A stretch of 64,000 nucleotides of DNA from Flectonema sp. DT1601 (taxonomy: Eukaryota), in contig OZ025792.1 in assembly GCA_964019425.1 (NCBI GenBank), positions 930,001 to 994,000 on the forward strand, in the 5' to 3' direction. Below the pieces are notes generated by a model that was not told the origin of the DNA, did not search any database, and was given only the letters and a program-made list of their open reading frames with translations. A program made the translations under genes and the position numbers. Positions within the stretch are counted from its first letter, which is position 1. The number at the start of each line of letters is the position of its first letter. Positions 33,261 to 42,200 of the stretch are shown here, one piece after another.

Positions 33261-36200
33261 TTAGCTATTGAATACTGTTTCAATCTGCTTCTTGTCGAGC
33301 TTCTGAAAGCCTTGTGTGACTCCAAGATGACAATCTCTAGCAAAATTAACATTTTCTTTAAATTCTTTTGTCGTTATCTTTGAACGAAATTCATCCCACG
33401 TAGTGTGGTGAGCAAATTCATACCAACTGATGTTGTTTTCAATGCCTTCAGCTGATGACGGTGAGGGCAACCCTCCTGGACAGTACCCTTTGACCTTTTC
33501 AATTTTTTCACATCGGCACAGCTCCGCAGTTGTTCTTTTTGCGTTATTTTCATCTGCCAAGTAAGCCCTAATATATTCATCAAAGGCTAAATGAACATAC
33601 TGCTTGAATTCTTGATCAGTTGTGTGTTTTCTAAATTCTTCCCAAGTACATGTCTGTGCATATTCCTCCCATGTAGTGAATCCCCTAGATGGATGAAATT
33701 TATCCCAATTTTTCTTTTTCAGAGCTTCGACGTATTGCGCTCGTCGTTTTGTCATCGCAGGGGCTTGGGCGACTTCGTGAAATAAAAGTTCTTCCTCGAC
33801 TCCGTGTCCAAAATGATTAGATGCTTCGTTGATTTTGATGCAACTGACGGCCAAGTCTGCAGATGACATCGGAAGTATTGGAGGAGAAGAAATCTCATCT
33901 CCCATTGATGACCCGGAAGTAGAGAATATATTTGAAGGAGTACGTCCGATTACAGGACTCGGTGCCAAAGGAATCGACGCCGGGGATGTTATGTCGACAG
34001 CTGCTGGTGTTATTTGAATAGGTCTAATTCTAGTTCTCGGTGTTGAGAATTGAATTGCGTTATCAGAAACTGTTTTTATTGGTAACGTTGATAGCAAATC
34101 CGTGACAAAAGTAGTAACAGAAGCAACACCAGGAGCAACTCTAAGTAATTGAGTTGTCGTTTCACTAATGTATCTATCCTTTAACATTGAAGCTACCAAC
34201 CATCCCTTATCACAGAGACCAGCTATTGGTACACTCTGCCATTCTAAAGCCATGTCTTTAAAAGATCCAACAAACACAGAAAGGTATCCCAACACTTGTT
34301 TAAAAAAGTCTTCTGAATAGTGTTGCGCAGTTCTCGTTAGCGTTGCGTTCACGTTGATGGTGTCAATTTTAAAATTCTCCAAGTATAAAGGTCTGATTCC
34401 AATACCATCTTGATCTGCTGTAGCTGATTGCAACGAAGTGTCAATAGCAAAGGCGTAGTAGGTGCTTCCCCTAGTTCTTGTAGTCATGCTGACTTTTTCC
34501 TGAGTTGTTCTACTGAATTGCAGTAGTTCGAATAAAAACCTATCATGTAACTTTATATCTAACGGTTGAAATCGTAAGTAACCATTTTCAATATGAATGG
34601 CAGCAGATGAACGCTCAACAGTTCTTTCAACTCGAAGATGTAATACGGGTGCTCTGTCTCGGGGAATCTTGTTACATAAAACAACAGGGAAATCTGTTTT
34701 CTCACGTTGATCATCAAGCTGAAGAGTACCTACCTTAGCAATGTATGTTACTTTTCGTTGTTCTCGTTTTCGTTGAAGATGAATTGACGTAAACGAAAGG
34801 TGAGATAACTCAACTCCATCATTCTGTAGGATGACACCAACTCCTGAAACGTTTAGTGTGTAAGTAATCGCAAAAGGAGAATCATTAAACCAATTATCAA
34901 TCTGTCTATCCATCGTTATTGATATCTTAGTAGTCCCCGCTCTATGACGAACTCTTAAGTAAACCATTCCCATTGGTGTTTTACTTTCCTGCATGGTCTC
35001 TTCACGTGACTTTTTATTCTTAGGGTCAACGTTTACTACCATGGCTTCACTATCAGAACCTACAAATATGTAGGCAACTTTAGGGCCTATCTGTGATTCC
35101 CATGTGAAGGCCTTAGTTCTCTTGGCAGGGAATGTCAGAATTGGAATATTCTTCTCAGAAAGATGTTGTTTTACTGTTATTGGAATCGGTGTTCTATTTT
35201 CTATAATGTACGGAGGTTTCGATAATGAATCAAGCGTGACATATGTCGTACTTCCTCTCTTAAAGATCGCTACTCGAACAACATCAAACTCATCTGTGCT
35301 GCCAGAACTTCTCTCGAGATCTGATTGTGATTCTTCACCGAAAATGTCAACTGTTTTAGTCGAAGGGGCCATTGAAACCTTTCGAGCTCGTCTTTGCTCT
35401 TGGAGTTTGCTTGCCGTGTTTTTAGATATTTTGTACTTCAAGTTGATATCCGTGTCACCCATTTGATCAATTAAAAATGGTTTTGAAAACTGAGCTTGTT
35501 CCTCACCTTCAATCTTCACTCCCATACGATTCTTTGTCGAACCTCCCTCGTATTCTCCGTACATGTCATTTGGAGCAACGAGAAATTCACTTTTTGGAAT
35601 TGGTTGCCCGGGTGGGACATCACGACCTAGCCTGTGGCGGACAAAAACTGTTTTAGGAGTCCTGTTGAATACCACCCAGCGAGGAGTAAATCTAATTACT
35701 TTAGTCCTCGTGGATACTTTCCCCCAGGGGAATTCAATACTGAAAGCAGCTGTTTTGGGAAGGATACCAATCCGTTCGTGGCATTCAAAAGTCCCAGTCG
35801 TACCAACTTTTGACGTATCAATTTTACTCGACCACTGTGGGTTTCCATGATTACCAGGAGAGCCTAATATCTTACAGTACAAGTGTCCAATTTGTTCTTT
35901 TCCTGGAAGATCAGGTGGAGCCATTAAAAATGGTAATTTCCCTGGTGAAATACCCTCACCAAGAACTTGACCAGCAGTCAGAGCACTACTACTGTACGCC
36001 TCTGATATCTTCATTGGGTTGTGAACTGCTATTTCTATATTTATTGAAGTTTGATTAATAATCCAAAGAGGACAGAAGACTGCAACAGATCGAATCGAGT
36101 AGTCTAAACTCATATGACAGGCTCTTCCTTTATTATCACTGAGGGCTAAGGAAGTAACTCTTCCTTGATGACCTTTACTTGGGCATCTAATAAGAAACGG

Positions 36201-39200
36201 ATCCGGATATTTGGTTATATTTCTCTTTAGGACTTCACCAGTAGGTTGTGTAATCTCAATGTCCAGGTACATAGAATGGAACGCAACTGCTGAGGTAAAC
36301 TTCGCTTCCTCATCAGTTTCTAACTTCCCTTTTGCAACGACGTCGTATTCACACTTTTTAGATTTTGAAAACAGTTTGAATCTTCCTTTTTCTTCTCTTT
36401 TTTTCTTACCATCCCACGATAATAACGTGTATGACATTTTTAGACCCGTCAAGTTTAATAAAGTGAATATTGGTAACACAGTTATCGTTGTATTCCTAAC
36501 CACTGGATCTGTTGTGATCTCAATATTACAAGTGAAGTCATGTAGCTCTTGATCTGGTTGGTAATCTTCAGTCTTTTGAACAAGTGGTGATGAGGTTACG
36601 ACGTATAAAGCTTTATGTAATTTGTGAAATGATCCGTAAGTTAGTCCAAGTTGAGCAGAGCTGTATCGGACATCCTTTGCAAGATCAATTGGAGTAATTT
36701 TAAAATACGATTCTAATAAACTACTATGAGGAATAGAAACAGATCCTTCTGGCTCTGCAATCATCTCATCTTGTCTTGAAGCTGTTACTTGCAGTCTAAC
36801 ATTAGTCTGATTATGCACCGTGACAGATGATCTCAAAGCAACTTTTTTCCTTCCAGTTTCAGTCAATCGAACAGTACAATAAAGTCTAATCTTTCTACTT
36901 GTTCCGTTTGCTTGAATTACGAGACTGGTAGTTCCAACTTTTCCGATGTCTATTTCAATCTCTTCCATTGATACTTCAGGTATAGATGCCATCATTGTAT
37001 GAGAAACACCCTTCTTGCCATAACTCTTACTAAAATTAAAATCAATAACACCCAAGTTAGGAAGTGGTTTCCGATCTCCATGGAGTTCAATGTTGATACT
37101 ATAACCTGTCTCATTACGTAGCTCATACATCCTAAATTGAGTTGATTTATGAGCCTTCGCTGCTGGAACTTTTATTGTTGAAAATGCTTCTCCGAATCGT
37201 TTAGCGTCGTCGATTGTTTTCATCAGTTGAGGAGTTACAAAGGCGCTGATTTTTGATATGTTTACTGCGAGATCTCTTTTATAAGTTCCAGAGACGTAGT
37301 ATTTAAGATCAAGTGTAATAGCGTTATCAAGTACTGATTCCCATTCACATTGTTCCAGATTGTAGAAATCCATTTTTAACATTAACTTTTCCACAGTAAC
37401 CATCTGATAATCTTGAACATCTTCAGCAGTAGCAGCAGTGTCGAGTAATTGAATAAAGAAGAGAGGGATATCAAAACCCGATGAGTCTTCAACAATCAAA
37501 ACATCAATAGTCTTTACACCAATAGCAGTCTTCTTCTTCTTCAATTGTTGATTACCCGACGTGGTTGATAATTGATTCTGAGCTGCTACTATTGCTTCAT
37601 GGATAATGTCTTCGTCGTCAGCGTTGATCTTTAACCTTGCTTGTTGATTTATGTAGTTTAATTCTGTTTGAAGAGAACCAACACATCTTAATATCAATCC
37701 AACATCAGCACTTGATATTCTGACATATATATCTGATAAGGTTAAGAGATATTCATAGTTGTGAAGGGTGGCTGATATTTCTTCTATCGGCTCAACAATA
37801 TAGTGAGCTCTGTCTTGTTCATTATCAGTACTGACTTCATCTGGTTGATCAGATTTTGTATGTGGCTTTACTGTAAATCCTTTCATTGAGAATTCAGCAT
37901 CTTCCTTAGTAACGGTATCATCAACAACTGTGTAGGAATACTGACCTCCACCTGATGTTAATAACCGAACGCTGTGAGATGTTCCATTTCTCTTTGGAGT
38001 GTTACTACCTTCATTAAACTGAGCCTCTGGTAATACAACACACAATGATAACTTAGCACTAACTGACGTACGTGATGGAAAACCAGAATTAACTTTTACC
38101 TTACGCTGTTGTGTCCAGTTGGTAATTGCAGGGAATCCAGGTTCTATTTCATTTCTATCTTCAGGAACGTAGACGTACGCTCCGTCATCGGCATCAACAA
38201 AATCAGACAACTGTTTATTATAAAGATAAAGTTTAGTACCGAGGATTAAAAGAGTAACACCAGCATCAAGTTTTATAAGTGGCCGATCTCCTATTAAATG
38301 TAATTCGTGAAGGTTACCATTTAAGACTACCATGTTCTGATGATTGTTTGTTACTCGAATTTGTTTTGAACGGCAGAAGACGGTGTCGCATTCAAGTTCC
38401 CAATCTTCGTCGATTTCCATGACATCGGGTGCGGCGAAGGTATCTGGCATTGTTGCTGCTGCGTATGGTAGGTATACGAATGTAGTCATATCAAATAGAA
38501 CACGAGGCATTATAACAATAGTAACATCACCAAGATCAACGTTAATTAGTTGATCTCCTGTAGCTTCTTCTTGTGATGCTGATATCTGATGGTAGGTCAT
38601 TTTAGGATTCTCAAACTCTAAAATTGGTCCTTGAGCTGGAGTGTCAATCCCCAATCTACTAATCGAACATTCCAACTTTGCTGCTCCATTAGAGTACTGA
38701 TTATATCCGATTCCAATCCCTGATATTGATACGGTGCTATTCAAGACTGGTTCTTCTAAGACTGGAAGGGGAAGACCATCAGGAGTTGGTAATTCTCCTG
38801 GTTTTAGTCCACTCTTTAAGGATATAGAAATCACTGGAAGAGATAGTGATATTGATAAAACATTAATAGCTTCATCATCTTGTGGGATTGGATTATTTTT
38901 TGAATTCGTTTGCATCGTTTGAGTAATATTCTGAAGCCGAACTTGCGGTTGTGTTGGAGGTTCTGAACTCTCCACTGCAGGTTTACTACTTCTAACAATT
39001 GAAAGTGTATTAGAATAGTTGTATACAACTGCTGCGATTGCTCGCATGTCACTGAAATCGAAAAACGACTCAATCCCATCACCTTCTACAGTTATAGATT
39101 TCTTTTCTTTTATTGAATCCGTTCCAGTCGATATATTGTGTCTTCTTAAAACAGCTGTAATCTTTGTCGGTCGAAGAGCATACTCATCTCTGTACATACT

Positions 39201-42200
39201 TTTTATCGCAGCTTCAATTAACGTTGCCGTGACTATCTCAGTATCATTATCTATTGATGTGACTAATCTCATCTCTCCGAAGTCGATGATGAAGCCTCGT
39301 TCTCTTTCAAAATGAACTTTTGGTTTTCCAGATTCATATCTGCCTTGATTAGTCTTTGAGGTACATAAGATAACTAGTTTTGGTTTTGTCCAAGATAGGT
39401 CGAATTCAGGAAGATTTAATTTATTATTTGTGTTCTGATCTTTTGAATCACACACTTCTTGTGACGCGCAGGGTTTTGATAACTCGCGGACTTTGGATCG
39501 ACGAATTTCGGGTGTTGCTTCCCACGTGTGTGAAAGCATTTTAAATTCAACACCAACAACCCAATTGTGGATGGCTGCAAAACAAGGAACTGTTGCCACA
39601 ACTGAGATCTCACCTACTCGACCTGCTACTGATTTCCAACCAGTTCCATCCTCTCTTTGTTCAGCACTTATCGCTAATGCTTTCTCTGAATGATTTTCAC
39701 CTTGTTTAGTATCAATCACATTAGTACCACTAACGTCATCCATTGTAATCCGAGAGGTGTTTAATTCAATTTGTGTTCTGGTTGCTGCTGCAGTCTTGTC
39801 ATCTTTAGCAGCCATATTTGGTTCTGTACAATACTTCAAATCTGTACCTAAAATAGCAAGAGAGCACACATCAGGTATTTCTACTTTAATAGAAGAGATA
39901 TTCATAATGTGATGCATTACATGTTCTTGTGGAGGTGGTTCTGGCCAAGGATCACCAGGAGTGGGCCAACCATCTTCGGGTTCCACCCATCCAATGAGTT
40001 TGAGACCACCACTGCGAGCAGCCCTGGCAGATAGCAGACCATCAACAACATTTAGTATCACAGCCTGATCAAGACGGATAAATATACCATCACCAGAGAT
40101 GTTATAATAAAGGCTTTGCTTTCGAGGTAATTTTGAAGGTGGTGGTGCTGTTCTCCAAACGATTGCCATTTTCATAATACCCAACAAGTCTATCACCGTA
40201 TTACTTTTCTTCTCCTTCCCAGTTTTAAAATCAACAAAATTCAAACCCTTCGATACTCCGGCTGTGATCTTAAACTTCGTAATGTCGATATCATTTTCAA
40301 AGTCTAAATTTTCAAACCAACGAAGAGACACCGACATAGACGTTTCCATAGTGTACTCAGGAATGCTCTTATTATTGAGCCAAATTATATTCAGATTAGC
40401 GAAGTCCAATACCCATGAGAAATGATTATATCTCCACTCCTTAACTAACTGTTCAAACGGAAGTGGTCCTTGTGGTGTGACTGGAAAATGAGGAGTATAA
40501 GGCTCCATTAGTGATTGTGTCATCCAAGTTAGTAGTGAGCAGTAGACATTATCAGAGAACATAAATGTAGCTTCTCGTGGTATAGAAAGACATAGTTTTG
40601 ATTTTGGATGTTGTTGCTCAGGGTCGATTACTGCTCCCCAAGTATCTAAAACTACAGAAACAGGACATGTGAATAAAGAACCTTTCGGTACCTCACCTAA
40701 GAATTCCTCAGGAACGTCTAATGTAATTCCATTCATTGAAATCTTAGTACAGAGTAGGACTGCGGAGTCAGTTTTGTGAAAATCATTACTGATCCCCATC
40801 GATGTTAATCGTCCCTTGAAAATTCCGCTATCAGCACTTCTATTTGGAGGCATAACGATGTCACAGTTGTGACATTCCATTTGAATTTTTAAATAGTCGA
40901 GGTATGGCTCTGTGGGTGGTTGCGCAGGATCGTAGCTGTCCCAGGGAGAGATGACTTTCTCACCATCATAAACAGATCTCCATGATAGGAATGAAAGTCT
41001 TGTGAAGGTTCCAGTTTTAAAGGTTTCGAGAAGACTCCATACGAAAGTTTGAAAATAAATAATTTCGACATCAGATATCGACATCAACAATTGATGAGTG
41101 AAAGAAACTCCTCCAAAATGAGTCGGTCGGCTTCGTCGAGGATCCGATTTCAATGCACCGTAGTTTTGAAAATTTGAATACGAAAATGAGATTTTTGCTT
41201 TATCATCAGGAGACGACATGAATCTTGACCATTTACTAGTTGTTATGCAGTCTTCTATTGTTGGTTTCTTTACTAAACCATCAAGACTAATACCATACGC
41301 AGTATCATGAAACGACATTTGAAAATCTTCACCTCCAATCTTAACAGGAAGCTCTCCATTAGGTCTGTAGCAATTCAATTCTAATTCTCCTTCTATCTCA
41401 ACAACAAATCGAATGCCTTGTTTTTCTAAGTATGGTTTGGGTAGTTCAGCAGGATAGACATGCTCTTCATCTTCTTTTGCTTTATTAAGTTCAGCTTTGT
41501 AATAAAGAGTTTGCGCTTTCATTAACATACTAATGTTCATTATGTCCCAAAGTAATTCAAAACTCTCAGCCATAGCAGGAGTTATAGACAAGGTTAATCC
41601 TTTAGTGTAGATTCCCATTTGCATTAATGCTTGATTTGGATCAGTTGAATCGACGTATGATGACGATCGCATCATTGAAAGCCACCAAAATGAGAAACCA
41701 GGAATGATGATATCATTTGATGTAAGACTTTCAGTATGGTTACTTCCAGTATCAGAACAGTCTGTTGTAGAATCAATGCCATTATCAGATGTAAATAAAA
41801 ACGGTTGATTACTATCTGCAGTAGCAACAGACAGAGATGCAGACGTCAATTCTATTTTAGAATCATGACTAGTTATCTCACCTGTTAAAGCGCATCCTGA
41901 GAACACCCATTCAGAAGTGTTGTCGACAACTATTTTAAAATCACCGAATCTAATCTCAGGTTTCATCCATAATTGATTATCAGGTTCTGCAGTCTGTTCT
42001 GTCTCTTCGTTATCAAGTAAGAAACTCGGTATCTTTGCTGAAACTCCAAGACTACCTTGAAGTCTTTGTAATCCTGTTAACCAACGAGTATGCATTGAAC
42101 CAGTTGGAAGCTGGACCCAAAGAGATCTGTTATTTCCGAGTAATATGCAAAGAGCGTTCGGTGGTTCGTGAATATCAAAGTCTCCACTTGATAAGTCGAT

